Shown: positions 12,501 to 26,900 of the stretch, piece by piece
Numbering within the stretch: position 1 is the stretch's first letter
How the letters are laid out: every line of letters starts with the position of its first letter
From: Octopus bimaculoides
Lineage: Eukaryota
Length of the DNA: 55,639 bases
Direction of reading: 5' to 3'
Assembly: GCF_001194135.2 (NCBI RefSeq)
Contig: NC_068999.1
Location: 24,745,505-24,801,143, forward strand
Position numbers and translations under genes: made by a program
Notes under the pieces: model-generated
Seen by the model: the letters and a program-made list of their open reading frames with translations, nothing else
The model's database searches: none
Told to the model about the DNA's origin: nothing

Positions 12501-15500
12501 AAGCATCAAAGCCATGTGTTGAGAGGGATTCTTTGGGGTCTGAATAAATGTAACAAAAACAAAGTTTGAAGGAAATATCAGCTGTTTTTCATACTTTTTT
12601 GGGGTAAGCAAATAGGAAATAACAGTTGCTACCCAAGGACAAAAACCGTGTTACACAGTGTTATATACAACTTAGTTTGATCTTTTTGTTAAACTCCGAG
12701 ATTGAAAATGACTTACTTCAAATAAACCAGGATGTAATACCTGAAATCGAACATTGGCTGTCATAGTTGAGCCTTTTGGACAGGACCTGCCGAAGAAAGC
12801 CACATGTAGGAAGCATTATAAGTAGATTCTTTAACACACAAAAGCAAGCCTCAGCAAGCAACAGATCATAGGCTTGTGTTAATTTTATAAGTAGCTATTA
12901 TTGTAGGGTTCTGCGGAAAGAGTGACATGCACAGTTTGACCATGCTTGACCATGCAAAAACCCACTTTTTGCTTGATCATTTTCATGTACAATTTTTCTG
13001 TGGACACTTATACAGGGTGGGCCAAAAGTAACGTGCCAAAACATCTGACATTTGATTCATATTATGTTATGATTATTTATTTTGTTCATCATGTATGTGT
13101 GTATTCATCATTATTTTATTCAATTTTAGAAAACTTGAAGTATGTTTTGACAATTCATTGAGTGTACTGAACCTATTTTGTGTGTGACTTTTGGCCCACC
13201 CAATATATCATTTGAAAGTTCTGGGTGTGAACTTTCTTCTCATATACTTTTGATCAAAATCCAACACTTACATATACTAGGACCCCTCAATTACCTTTGT
13301 ATTTCCAACCATTCACAAAGTTTGTCCCGTTTTGGTTTTTGACTGCTGAACAGTAGCGCTAGTTCTAGTACAAAGTGCTGGAATACTGTAACTTGATTTA
13401 TGTTGAAAATGGAAGTCATGAAGAGGACTTCTTTGTTTTACTTTGATATAAATATCGATGGTGGGTAGGTCATAAATTTTTCAAATTTTTCTTTCAAAAA
13501 TAGCTTCCTGTCATCATTTTGAATGTCATGAAGAAAAAAAAATTGGAAAAATCCCCATCAAAATGGAGAAACTGAGAAGACACGTCAAGCTAAGTAAAAC
13601 TATGACCATCCATACATATGGGCATGTCTTCTACATCTCAGTCAAGAGGTCCTTGTTCTGAGGTTCAGGTGTCACATAAAAAACACTCATGCCAGTGCCA
13701 TGTAAAATCACCTATGCCAGTGCCACATGGTGGTACTCATGTTAGTACCATAAGAGTTCTAGTGCCATATAAGAGTGCCCCTGCCAGAACCACATAAGTG
13801 CATCCATGCTGGTGTCACGTAAAAGTGCCTGCACTGGTGCCAAGTAAAAACATCCATGCTGGTTCCTCATCAAAGCACCCATGCTGATGCCATATAAGAG
13901 CGTCCATGCCAGTGCCACATAAAAGCACCCATTCCAGTTCCATGTAAAAGTGCCCATGCTGGTGCCATGTAAAAAACACCCAGTAAACTTTGTGAGGTGG
14001 CTGGCATCAAGAAGGGCCATAGAAGCCTTGCCAAAGCAGACAATTGGCACCTGGTGCAGCTTGTGTCAAACTGTCCAACCCATGCTAACATGGAAATCAG
14101 ATGTTAAATAATGATGATGGTGTTTATTTTCATAATAACATTATAATGGAGAGGGAAATGTAACATTAATAATTTTTCTTAAGAGACATGAGCACAGCAT
14201 CAAATCAAGTGATAAAGTATTACTAATAAGATTAATGATGATTTTAAGGCAGCAAACTGGCAGAATTGTTAGCACGCTTGGCAAAATGCTTAGCAGCATT
14301 TCATCCATCTTTATGTTCTGAGTTCAAATTCCATCAAGGCCAGCTTTGCCCTTCATCCTTTTGGGGGTTGACAAAATAAGTACCATCTGAGCATTGGAGT
14401 CAATGTAATTGACTTACTCCCTCATAAAGAGATGGAAAAGAATTAAGTGAACAGCCAATAGTGAGAATATCTGTAGATATGGGAACTAAAAATTATGGAT
14501 CAGTGGTTAGAGATTGTGTTTATGGAGGAAGAAAAGTATGAAAGCCATAATTTAATTATAATAAAATCTGTAAAGCTGACTAAGGAAATATGACGTGAGA
14601 AACTTTTTTCATCTTTTTCTTTAGCATTCATATTCCATGCTGGCATGGCCTGAACAGTTTAACAGGATTCAACAGGTCTGAGGACTGTGTTGAGCTGCAG
14701 TGTCTGCTTTGTCATGGTTTCTATGAGTGGATGGCCTTCCTAACATCAACCATTTTACACTCTTACATGAGACTGGTATGGGTGCTTTTATGCGGCACTG
14801 GCATGGGTGCTTTTATGTGGCACTGGTACCGGTGCCTTTACATGGCACTGACATAGGCGCTTTTATGTGACTCTAGTACAAGTACTCTTAAATGGCACTG
14901 GCGTGGGCATTGTAATGTGACACTGGCACAAGTACTGGATGTTTCTATGTATCCTTGGCACTTATGAGGTTGCTAGGTCGTTCACAAGACAAAACCCCTT
15001 GAGTGAGGGTGGGGATTTAGTATTAAGGGAGGTGATTTATGTCAGGTGATAAGAGATAAGAGTATGATAGATGGATAAGAACAGGTGTCTTGCTGAGAAA
15101 CATGGCTAACCTAGCTGGAAAAGGAGAGAAAACAGCAGCAAAAAACTTCTATGGGAGAAGAAATGAGAAGTGATGATAGTAATAATAATAAAGTGGAGAG
15201 AGTAGTAAGGATAATAACAAAGATAATGAGATGCATAAAGTAAAGTATTAACATTTTAAATACAGTTCTATATTTAAGAGATGAAGAATTATTTACATTA
15301 TTTACATTTGACGGATATTTGTCCTCATCTTGTTTGTTGTTAACACGTTTCTGCTGATATACCCTCCAGCCTTCTTTGAGTGTCCTGGGGAAATTTCGAA
15401 CCTGGGTTCTCATTCCGAAGGTATTTTTTAATGGTATTATTATTATTGTTCAGGTCACTGCTTGGAATCGAACTCGGAATCTTGGTGTTAGTGGCCCGTG

Positions 15501-18500
15501 CTCTTAACCACTACGCCATATGCTCATGGGTATTTGGCATATGGCCCATAGGCATATGGCATAGTGGTTAAGAGCACAGGCTACTCACCCCAAGATTCTG
15601 AGTTCGATTCCAGGCAGTGACCTGAATAACAATAATAATAATATCGAAAAATACCTTAGAATGAGAATCCAGGTTTGAAATTTCCCCAAGACACCTGATG
15701 AAAGTTGGAGGGTATATCAGCTGAAACGTTGTGTTAACAACAAACAAGATGAGGACAAATATCTGTTAATTGTAAATAATGTAACATTTTAAAATTAAAA
15801 ACCTCTAGTCTTTGAGGCCAACTATTATGGAACTAAAGAACTACAGATGATTTCAAGTGTGAATTATATAACTGAATACCGGAAATCTTTTTCTCTTATC
15901 GGGCATCCAGTTGCCCTTCCCCTTTTACATAGGTAATCTTGCCACCCTCTCCTTTCTCTCTGGACTAACTAAACCAGATAGCAACCCACTTACCCTCTTT
16001 TTTTTTTTATTTTTACATTTATATCTGCAGCATCAGTAATGCTTACACCCACAATGCTCATAATGCTTATAATGCCCCAAACACTTTCATATATAATGCT
16101 TCCTTACTCCCAACCCCCAGTAGAGGCAACAACCTTAGCAATTCTAACATGTTTGAATGACGGTAGGTTAAAAGCAAGAACAACTATTATGATGTCTGTG
16201 ACCAGACGATCATGTGAACCTTCTTTTCAGGTGCTGAATAACATCTCTCCTTCCTGTGTTATCTCCCATATCTCTTTCCCAGTTTTCAGAGTTGGCACTC
16301 TAAATGTAGGCACATTGAAAGGTAGGTCTAGTGAGATTGTAGAGTCGCTTGAACGGAGATGTGTTGATGTATGTTGCGTACAAGAGGTAAGGTGGAGAGG
16401 AGCTTCAACCAGAGTCATCACAGGCAAAGCACATAGGTATAAACTCTTCTGGAAAGGTAATAGTGATGGAATAGGGGGTGTGGGCATACTTCTTGCAGAG
16501 AAATGGGTGGGTAAGATCATAAAGGTAGTGGGGGTGTGCGATAGAGTACTTAAACTCAGGCTAGTCTTGCAGAAAGGTATAGCTACAATTATCTCTACCC
16601 CAACAAGTGGGCCTTCCAAATGAATAGAAGGATCACTTTTATGATATTTGTCTGCAGGCTATCTCAAAGACGAGTGACAATGATCTCATCTTTGTAGCTA
16701 GAGATTTTAATGGGCATGTCGGACAGCAATCTGATATCTTCCATAGTGTACATGGGGGCCATGGAGTTGGTACCAGAAATGAAGAGGGAACTAGGCTCCT
16801 GGAGTTCTGCAATGCAAATAACCTATTGATTTGCAACACCAACTTCAGGAAGCCAGCTAGCCACCTGATAACCTATCAATCAGGCGACTCTACTAGCCAG
16901 ATTGATTTCATTCTCACCAGACAGAGGGATGCATGGTTGCTCTTAAATACAAAGACCCTCGCTGGTAAAGAATCCCCCCCCCCAACATAGACTACTAATT
17001 AGTGACTTTAGACTCAAGGCCAGAAGGATGCCAAAAAGCAGACCAATCTGGAAAAAAAGGACTGGAAGCTTAAGAAACCTTCACATGGTCAGAGATTTAG
17101 GGATACCCTTACTGAGAAATTTGATGATAGGGAGGAGGAGCTACAGTCCTGTGACAGAAAAGGCAGCTGGGAATTCCTGCGAGACAACTTGCTGAGTACC
17201 ATAGACCAAATCTGTGGCTGGTGCAAAGTCCCTTCTAGATCTAGGGTAACATGGTGGTGGAACAATACTGTACACAGGGCCATTAGAGCAAAGAAACAGG
17301 CTTGGAAGGCCAGGAAGAGTGGGGGTAGTAGGTAAAAAGCACTATCTGAACGTGATCGATGCTAGGCCCACCTGACTGACTCCTGTACAGATGGCATGTA
17401 CACTCTTGGAGTGGCTGGCGTTAGGAAGGGCATCCAGCTGCGGAAACATTGCCAGACCAGATTGGAGCCTCATACAGCCGCTGGCTCTCCAGACTTCAGT
17501 CAAATCGTCCAACCCATGCCAGCATAGAAAACGGACATTAAATGATGATGATGATGAATAGTGAGAAAATATTTTCAAGCAAAATAATTCTAATGGGAAA
17601 TACTTGTTATAAATGTAGAAAGCAAAATATTCAATATTTACCCAAGAAGTACATCTGGATCTTGACATATGATAGAGTTCATAACATTATGCTTGGGTGC
17701 TTTAATATTTATATAGCCTGAAAAATGAGAGAAAAGCAGTTTCAATTCTGTATTCTTTTGTAAAGGAATCTTCTTGTTTTCTTTTTCTTTTTTGATCCTC
17801 AATAATTTAGAGTTTATTAATAACATTTAAATACAAAGAATCAAAGAAACAGAAAAAGAAAAATAAGTAGGGGGGGGGTTAAGCAGCAAAGGGGAGGGGG
17901 CAATGGTCCACATGCCCCAGAACAAACGGTGTGCTCAGCCATGTATCATATTAGAATGTGTGTGCTGGTGAATATTTAAAGTCAAAGATATTCTGTAATT
18001 TGGGAATATAGATATCTGAAGTCTGTTTAATAAGTAACTCAGTTATGACAATAGAAAATTCTGGCTTTAAATGCACTAATAATTAATTTAAAACAAAACA
18101 TTGAGCATTCTTTTTATTGTTATTTATATTTTGGGCTCAAAATTTTTAATGCAACACACACACACACACACACACACAAACTGCTGGAATATAATTTGTA
18201 AATAGCCAATCGTTACATTGTCCTTTAGAAAGTGAAGTCAGGCTAAAATCAAGACATTGTTAGAGAAAGGTGTGTTCAAAATGACAACAGCACATAGCTG
18301 TTCCCTAATGATGGGAAGAAAGAGGCATGCAAATGTTATTCAAGAGATAACTGAAGGAAGAAAATGTGTGGAAAGAAGAACTACTATTTCATGTACACCA
18401 AAAAGAAGGACTGGCTTTTGAAGTGGGGTGTAATATAGTGAAAATTGCTATTAAAGATATGAAGGCAAAAAAGCAAGTAGGGTTCAAGCTAGTCAATCAT

Positions 18501-19996
18501 ACAATCATCCAGCTAACACAAAGAGGTGCCATACAGGCATAGCAGTCATTGGGTATTGCACAAGAACAAAAGAGATGCTCTGGAAAAAAACAACTACAGA
18601 GGCATCTGATTGATGGGCCAAGTTATGATTGATTAGGAAGGGAATTAGTTTAGATGAGAAACTATTCAGATTTATGCTAGGCCACAGTACTATCAATGTT
18701 CTTTCTATAGTGAGATATCTACAAGAAAATTTTTTAGTTATAAATAAGCCTATTTAACTTGCAAATCCTCTGCATTCAAGCTCACGTTTCACTACCATGC
18801 AGGAGATGCCAAGGAACTATGATGACTGACAACACAGAGCTGAAGATGACCTGCACACTTGCACAAACAATGGAACACGAAATCTAAAATGGTAGTGATG
18901 GTGATGGATACTGGGATATATATAACATAACATTATATATAATATAACATACATATAACATAACATTTATGTTCTTTGCTTTATACCTTCCTTTTAAGTC
19001 TCCATCTTTTGACCTCCCCCACACATCTTGACCTCTGTCACTACCCATCTTTTTTTAGCAAACATGAATCTACCATCAATGTTTCTCTTCATTACTCTCT
19101 CCCATTACTGTCTTTCTGCTATTGCTCCTTCCTCTACCACAACCTTATTCTAATCACTCCCATCACATTCTCTTTCACCTCTCACCTCAGTACAACACTC
19201 TCTTCTGTTTTTTTATCATTCTTTTAATCACTTTATAAATTTATAATATATATATATATATATAGATAGATAGATAGATGTTGTTTTTGAAACATTGGAA
19301 CTTGAGGCACATCACACAAAGTTATAAATAATAGCATGAAAAACCCTTCTGGGTAGAAAAAGTTGAAGGCTGTCAATGGGATTTGAACCCACGTCTCCTG
19401 TAGACATGACAAGTGTTCTACCATTGGACCAAAACAATCTTTCGAGTTTTTTTTTTATCTGTTTCAAAAACTTTAATCTTACTAGCAAGAATTGTATGTT
19501 TAGATGCTATTATTTATAGCTATATACAAGGCATGGAACTGGCAGAGTCATTAGCACACCGGGTGGAACGCTCACTGATATTTCCTCCATCTTCATGTTC
19601 TGAGTTCAAATTCCACCAAGGTTGGCCTTGTCTTTCATCCTTTCAGGGTTGATGAAAAAAGTACCAGTCAAGCACTGGGGTCAATGTAATCAACTATCCA
19701 CCCCACCCCAAATTTCAGGCCTTGTGTCTACAGTAGAAATGATTATTTATAGCTATATGTGTTTTGAGATCCAATGTTCCAAAAAAGAATTATTTCATGT
19801 TCTCTCGAAAGTTTATAAAATTCTTATCACACATACACACACACACACACATATAGTTGGAGTCTGGACAGCTCTCTGCTACCCAGCTCTATGTCAAACC
19901 ATCCAGCCCATGCCAGCATGGAGAGCAGACATTAAACAATGATGATGATGATGATGATGATATATGTGTGTGGGGTGTGTGTGCATGTATATATAC

Positions 19997-20037
<41 letters not shown>

Positions 20038-20282
20038 NNNNNNNNNNNNNNNNNNNNNNNNNNNNNNNNNNNNNNNNNNNNNNNNNNNNNNNNNNNNNNN
20101 NNNNNNNNNNNNNNNNNNNNNNNNNNNNNNNNNNNNNNNNNNNNNNNNNNNNNGTATAGTAATGCCCTTAATATAAATAAATATATTTATAGGGAATAAT
20201 TAATAAATTTTTCCCTTATGAGGTTTTTTCACACTAACTACTTGATAAATTCTTATAAAGATTTTATCCTATATTTAAATTG

Positions 20283-20340
<58 letters not shown>

Positions 20341-22863
20341 TACATTTGTGAAAAAGGAAAAGAAATGAAGAAACATAAGCAACCCAGGTTAATATATATT
20401 TGTTGATATCAAAAGTCCTGTTTAGAAATAGAGGTAAAAAATATATGGCTACAAACCTTCCTTTGTTTCTACAATGCTGGATGAAGGTGTGGGGTTCCAG
20501 TAGAGGCGAAGAGCCAGAAAATCTTGCAATTTGTTTGAAATGGTGTAGAGAACATTGAAACTGTAGAGCAAAAAAATTCAACTTTTAGATTTCTGAATTT
20601 TACAATCTAAATTTTAAATTAGAACTAAAAACAATCATTTGAAATGTGTTTAGTTGTGAGGAAGTAATTATTGGTTAAGGATCAAAGAACCTTAATGTAT
20701 CAGGATTTAGATTAATTGGCACTCTGCTAGTTATGACAAGGGTTCCAGTTGAGCTGACTAACAGAACAGCCTCTTGTGAACTTAACATGCAAGTGGTTGA
20801 GCACTCCACAGATATGCATTCCCTTAACATAGCTCTCAGGGAGATTCAGCGGGACACAGAATGTGATGAGGCTGACCTTTTGAAATACAGGTAGTACTCC
20901 TTTTTGATAGCTGAGTGGACAGGAGCAATGTGGAATAAAGTGTCTTGCTCAAGTACACAACACACCATGAGGAATTAAACTCGTGACCTTATAATCATGA
21001 GCCGAATACCCCTAACCACTAAGCCATGCACCTTCAAAATTCAGATTAAAAATAATAGAGAAATGGTGATTTCAACTGTAATCTAGAGGTATATGCATCA
21101 ATGGAAAATCAAGTGATTTAGAGATGCAGATGTGATAACTGACTGAGCTTATAATACCAAGATATCTAGTTTCAAGTTCAATGTAGGCCAAGGAAAACAG
21201 GGCCCCAAGAAATGAGGGAGATGTTGAAATCATATAATGTTTCTCGATTTAGGTATTTAAGCTGCAAAAGTGCTGGTTTCTTTCCCATGAAATGCCTCAT
21301 ACAGGCTCACTAATGCAAAGACAATTGCTAATATTTATAAAATTTAGGCAGCAAGCTGACAGAATAGTTAGCACACCAGGAAAAATGCTTAGCAGCATTT
21401 CAACTGTCTTATGTTCTGAGTTCAAATACCACCAAGGTCCACGTTGCCTCTCATCCTTTTGGTGTCGATAATATAAATCCCAGTTGAACACTGGGGTTGA
21501 TGTAGTTGACCTGGCCCCTGCTCTAAAATTGCTGTCCTTGTATCAAAATTTGAAATCACCACATTGCAAAATTTTTAGTCAAATTAATTGACTCCAGTTT
21601 TTATTTTTTGTTAAGCCTGGTACTTATTCTATTGGTCCCTCATGCCAAGCTGCTAAGTCACAGGGATGTAAGCACACCAACACCAGTTGTCAAGTGGTGG
21701 TGGGGGACAAACACACACACACATAGGAAATGAAAGATGGAAGATACATATACACACACACACACACATGATGGGCTTCTTTCAGTTTCCACCTACAAAA
21801 TCCACTCACAATCCGCTTTGGTCAGCCCGAGGCTATAGTAGAAAACACTTGCCCAAGGTGTCACACAGTGGGACTGAACCTGGAACCATGTAATTGTGAA
21901 GCAAACTTCTTAGCACACAGCCATGTTTGCACTTATTACATGCTTATACAAACAGAAAAACATAAGGAGCAAAAACTCTGTTACCTGCGACCAACAGTAA
22001 TTTCATCTTTACAAGAAACAGAAACAACAAATGGTGGATGATGAAGTTTGATGTTTGGAAGGCTGCAAGAAGAAATCAATATTTCTATCAATATTATATT
22101 AAGAAAGCAACGAGCACAAAAAGAAGACAACATAAAAAGGACAAATCTTAACAAATGTTGTATTATTTTAATGCTTATTTTTAATGTTTCTGGTTTGGAT
22201 ATGAGCTGAGAGATATTTAGAAAAATAAACAGAAACAAAGAATAAATATTAGAGAAAAATACCTGTAAGTGGTAACTGTTTTGGGCTCATCCATTAGTTT
22301 AGCTTGCTGACTACACCAACTGATGTGTGCTGCCAGAGAAAACATCTGCAACAAAACACAAACATTATTGCAATAATGATTTCTTGCAATGGAGCAGGGA
22401 AAAATTAGTAAATCCTTGGCAATCGTTTATTGACTGAACAGACACGATTTGAACTCAGAATCCAGAGGAAGGACACTAAGTACTAAAAGGCATTTAAGCC
22501 TATTTCTAACACTCAACTACTTTTGAGCAATTTCTATATGCATCAGTATTGAAAACATAGTTTTTTGTTTTTGTATATCAAGAGTTTGTTTGGAAAGATA
22601 TAAGATTGAAAGGTATGGAGTATATTCAGAAATGTTGATAGTGGATAATGTTAGCATTGATAGATAAAGTTGAGAGAGGGGAGCAGGTAGAATATTGTAC
22701 AGAAGACATAATGGAAACATATGTAACCAAAGAAAGATAGTTATCAATCAATAGACAACGAATATATTGCAGTTGCAATCCTAAACTGTAAGTAAAAACA
22801 GAGCTCTATCAAAGTAAAGATTTTGAAGGTGAAAAGTTAAATGTTTCTAAAGCTTTTGTTGAG

Positions 22864-22904
<41 letters not shown>

Positions 22905-23919
22905 AGGGGGGGGGTGAAATAAGTGTCAGAGATATAGAGGATGAAACGTAGCATTCCAGATACGAGACAAAACAGGATTTGATAACTTGGAAGGGTTTGT
23001 TAAGCATGCAGAAGTCATGCTAAACAGTGTAAAGCAACTAACATACAATTTTTTTTTTTTTGTTTGCTCATGTTTTCTTTTTGTTTTATGTGGAGGAAGG
23101 GGCTGCGGCCTTAGATTTTTGCAAACCTTCTGCGACAAGTTAGACTGACAGTTTGATGAAATAATCAAAACTGGTATAAACTTACCATATTTGGACCCTC
23201 CAGTTCTTTTTGTTGTACAGTAAATACAAGGGAGAGTACTTCTCCTGGACTTAAATACAGCGGAAATGTAGAGTTGTCGGTTTTAAGTAAAGAGACTTTT
23301 TGACTATGTTGGTCACTTTCACTATAGAAAAAAAGATGTTAGTTTTTTTTTTGTTCTGTTTTATACAGGCACAAGACACCAGTTTTAATGAAAAGTATTA
23401 ATAATATAAGTGAAGTGAAATATTTTCAATTAAATAGTGCAACTGAGTTGGTAGACAACTTGAGATAAAAATTCTTAACCATGAGTAGAACATTTCCAAA
23501 TAGAAAATGTAACCATATTAAGAACTTGTTTTACTGATTTAATTATCAAAAATTCAACAAGACAGAAACATCTTTCCATTCAGTTCAAGTGTTACATATC
23601 TATCTATGTACTCTGTCCAATTGTGACAAGCTATCCCTTCTACAAACATACAAGCTATATCTAATATTTCTTTTCTGATACACAAATCTCTAACTCATCT
23701 GCTCTAATCCAAACTATACCTTATATAGATACATTAGTGAAATAAATAGCTTACTATATCAAGATGGTCTCCCTGACCATCACAGTCCCAGAAGGATCTA
23801 TTTATTATTATATGTGCAATAATCTTTGATCCCTTACCAAGTTCTCTATTAATCACAAAATTCTCCTATCAACCACCCTCAACAATGATGATACTGCAAT
23901 CTCATCATTTTGCTGCTGT

Positions 23920-23962
<43 letters not shown>

Positions 23963-26900
23963 GCTGCTGCTGTTTTAACTCTTCTTTTCAATCCCACCAT
24001 ATTTACACTATTACCAAATCAGTAAACATGATTTTTTTTCCAGCCCAGCATGAATTCTAATCCTAATGGTGTACTTTCCTTCAGCATCAGTGTGCTTTTG
24101 AGTTATTTTCTATTCCCACAAAACTTTTCACTTTTTCCTGTCTGGACATTTAATCCAAGTACTTCCAGTAACAAAATATCCCAACCCCAGGAAAGGCAAT
24201 TTCAACAACCCTACTAAGAACTAACTTGTTATTTTCAACACGTGAATGAATGTTACTCCTTACAATCTATTTACAGAGCAAATATGTTATTTACCAATAG
24301 TAGCACTATTTCTTGAACGTACAAGTTGTGGAACCAATATGTATCTGCTTCTACCACTTTCAACATATTCAATGAGTTTCCTTCTTCTATGAAGACCATA
24401 TTAAACATTTTTCTCAATCCTTTCTCCTTAAGACAACAACTCTTTGCAACTATCAAGTTTTACAGATATCAGCATATAAAACTTCAAGTGAAACAATTAC
24501 ATTCTCATTAACCAGTGTTAGAGAGTGTACAAAGGTAATGTCCATACCATCTATTTCAGGATTAAATGATAATGATTACAGAAAATGCTAGTAAAAGATG
24601 CAGGATTACATTGCAAATTATAACAGATATACATTTAAGTGTTAGTGATAATGTAACATATAGAAGAGGTTAGAGGAGTCTTCAGGCATACTATAAGAGA
24701 ATGTCTATGTAGAAAGGAGAACCTAACAAGGATGGAAAGTTCATTTACATTGCAATGCATTTTTGGCACGAGAGAGTGGTAAGAGTCGCTAAAGGAAAGA
24801 GGTGGCATACTACTGAAGAGAAAATTTCAGTTCATTCCCAGATTGTATTTTTAATACCACTAGATCTCCAATGTAGAAACATGATTAACATATGTCAGCT
24901 ACATTACCTTGTTATATCAAATCACACATTCTGTTTATTCAACATCCCAAAAACATGTTTTTTTTTCTTTTCATTGTAATTGAAGGCAACTGTATTCCAC
25001 ATAACTAACAAATATCCTACACTGCTTCTAACTAGGCTATACATAATACTGACTGCCATCACCAGAATCTAAATGTAGTTTCCTACTAATTCCTTTCATT
25101 CACTCACTCCAATAACATCAAGTATTTCTTACTTAGTTCATTATTCCACCTCTTATCCTAGTCTCTTAACCCTTTAGCATTCAGATTATGCAGTCAAATG
25201 TAATGCTTATTTATTAACATTGTTTTGAATTAATCATGTATTATCATCTTGCAGCTTGGAGATTTTTATGATGTGATTGCTTATTTCTAGAGGGACATTA
25301 TAGGGTAAGTATTAGAGATTGCATCTGGCTGAGGCAGGATATAGCCAGTTTGAATGCTGAAGGGTTAATGTATATTAGTATTGGATAGTGGCATGTGGAA
25401 GTCAACCTCAAACGTTTTCTGCAACATCTTTAACTTCTGCCATCTCTTTCTTTGATAATTCTATTCATAATGTTAACGACTATATTTCTTCAACTTTTAC
25501 CAGATTAAATCTAATTTTATTAACTGCAAGCCTATGTTAGATTACAGTGGAGGTGATTGGTACACACATTTCTCACTATGGATAAATTTCATGCTCATAA
25601 TTATTCCAATGCTTCTATTCACGGGGAGAATAAAATTTGGCTTTCAGTCTGTGTTATAGATAAAACTTCCAAGACTTCATATTCTCTTCATCCTGGTGAC
25701 ATGATCAGTAGTACTTCCATACACAGCAGTATATTTATTCTGGTGCTTTTAAATATTGCAATCATAATTTTAACATGTGTTACATTATACTGGCATGGGT
25801 CATATTAATCTACAGTATAGCAATTTTTATTGTTGCCTTCAACAATATGATGGGAAGGCTGATGCACTTTTCTACATGACTATGTACAGAACATTATATA
25901 TATGTATATATATATAAGTTGCTAATAGTTTAATATAGCTACTACTTTCCTGCCTCTTATCTTTCATCATACTTTCATTAGTATTAGCTTTTCGGGAAAA
26001 ACAAAAAAAAAAACAACAACACAAAACAAGGTGACTGAAGAGGATACATTATGATGGTTGATGCTTACTCCATTGCTACTACCTACAGAACCAATATAAC
26101 ACATGAAAGCCACATTCATGTAGTTGACAATATTTGTAATTTTTCTATGTTGCATATTTGGGTTGGCAGAATTTCTGAGGCTTGCTGTCTTCTTTATCGT
26201 CTACACAGTTAATGTCTTTATTAAAACACAATAACCAGGAAGGTTGTTTTTATAAAGTAAGATCATTTTCATCCTCCATATATGTTGGTCATACTTTGCT
26301 ATATAAATTGCTGTTGTTACAATGTGAAGAGCTATGTACGAGAGTGTGCAGACACACATGTACACATATCAATAACTATTTGACTATTATTTTTATAAGG
26401 TAGTATGTTTATTTAAAATGCAATTATAGTGCAGCTGTGAGGATGCATTATGTGCACTTGAGAGATAAACATACCAAAATGACTGGCCAAAAGACCTGCT
26501 GTTGGAAGAGCTTGAACTATAGTCTGTTCTGAAATTAAATGGCTGATCAAAGCTGCTTGAAAAAAACAAAACAAAAACATAATGACTACTACTGTTTTCT
26601 CTTTCAAATGTGAAACTGTTAAGCTACTGAAACACTTAACTGAATAATAAAGTATTGAATTAATTGAGAACTTCCAACAATAAAGTTTAGCTGCTAATGA
26701 AACAAATAAACCAAACATTGATGTTGTTATTAGCTACAGGTCAGTCCTGATAGATGAAACTTTTGGTCAAAACATCTCAGTCTTGCCCATTCTATCTTTT
26801 ATATAAACAGAATACATATAGGAATATATTTTCCAAAGCAAAATGTGATATGAGGGAAATTTGGTTGCTATTCCTAGCAGATTTATCAATCATATTGATG

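Noticed and set aside
13690-13990. Regularly spaced gtgccacataaaagcac-like repeats resembling a CRISPR array (also 14770-14930, 47740-48040)
   Set aside because: Units are degenerate, the 'spacers' are similar to each other, they lie inside RTE 3' UTRs in a eukaryotic genome, and there are no cas genes
19370-19441. Functional tRNA gene
   Set aside because: Acceptor stem has multiple mismatches, U33 is missing, and it is followed by a repeat-like body
23700-24520. Possible CR1/L2-type LINE relic
   Set aside because: Composition is suggestive but no diagnostic endonuclease or RT motif could be read
26048-26082. Candidate TRAPPC14 microexon with a U12-like donor (AAT|GTATCCTC)
   Set aside because: The main acceptor gives a stop from the phase-2 upstream exon; the alternative acceptors end in phase 0, incompatible with the phase-2 exon at 23321; no U12 branch site found at the next acceptor
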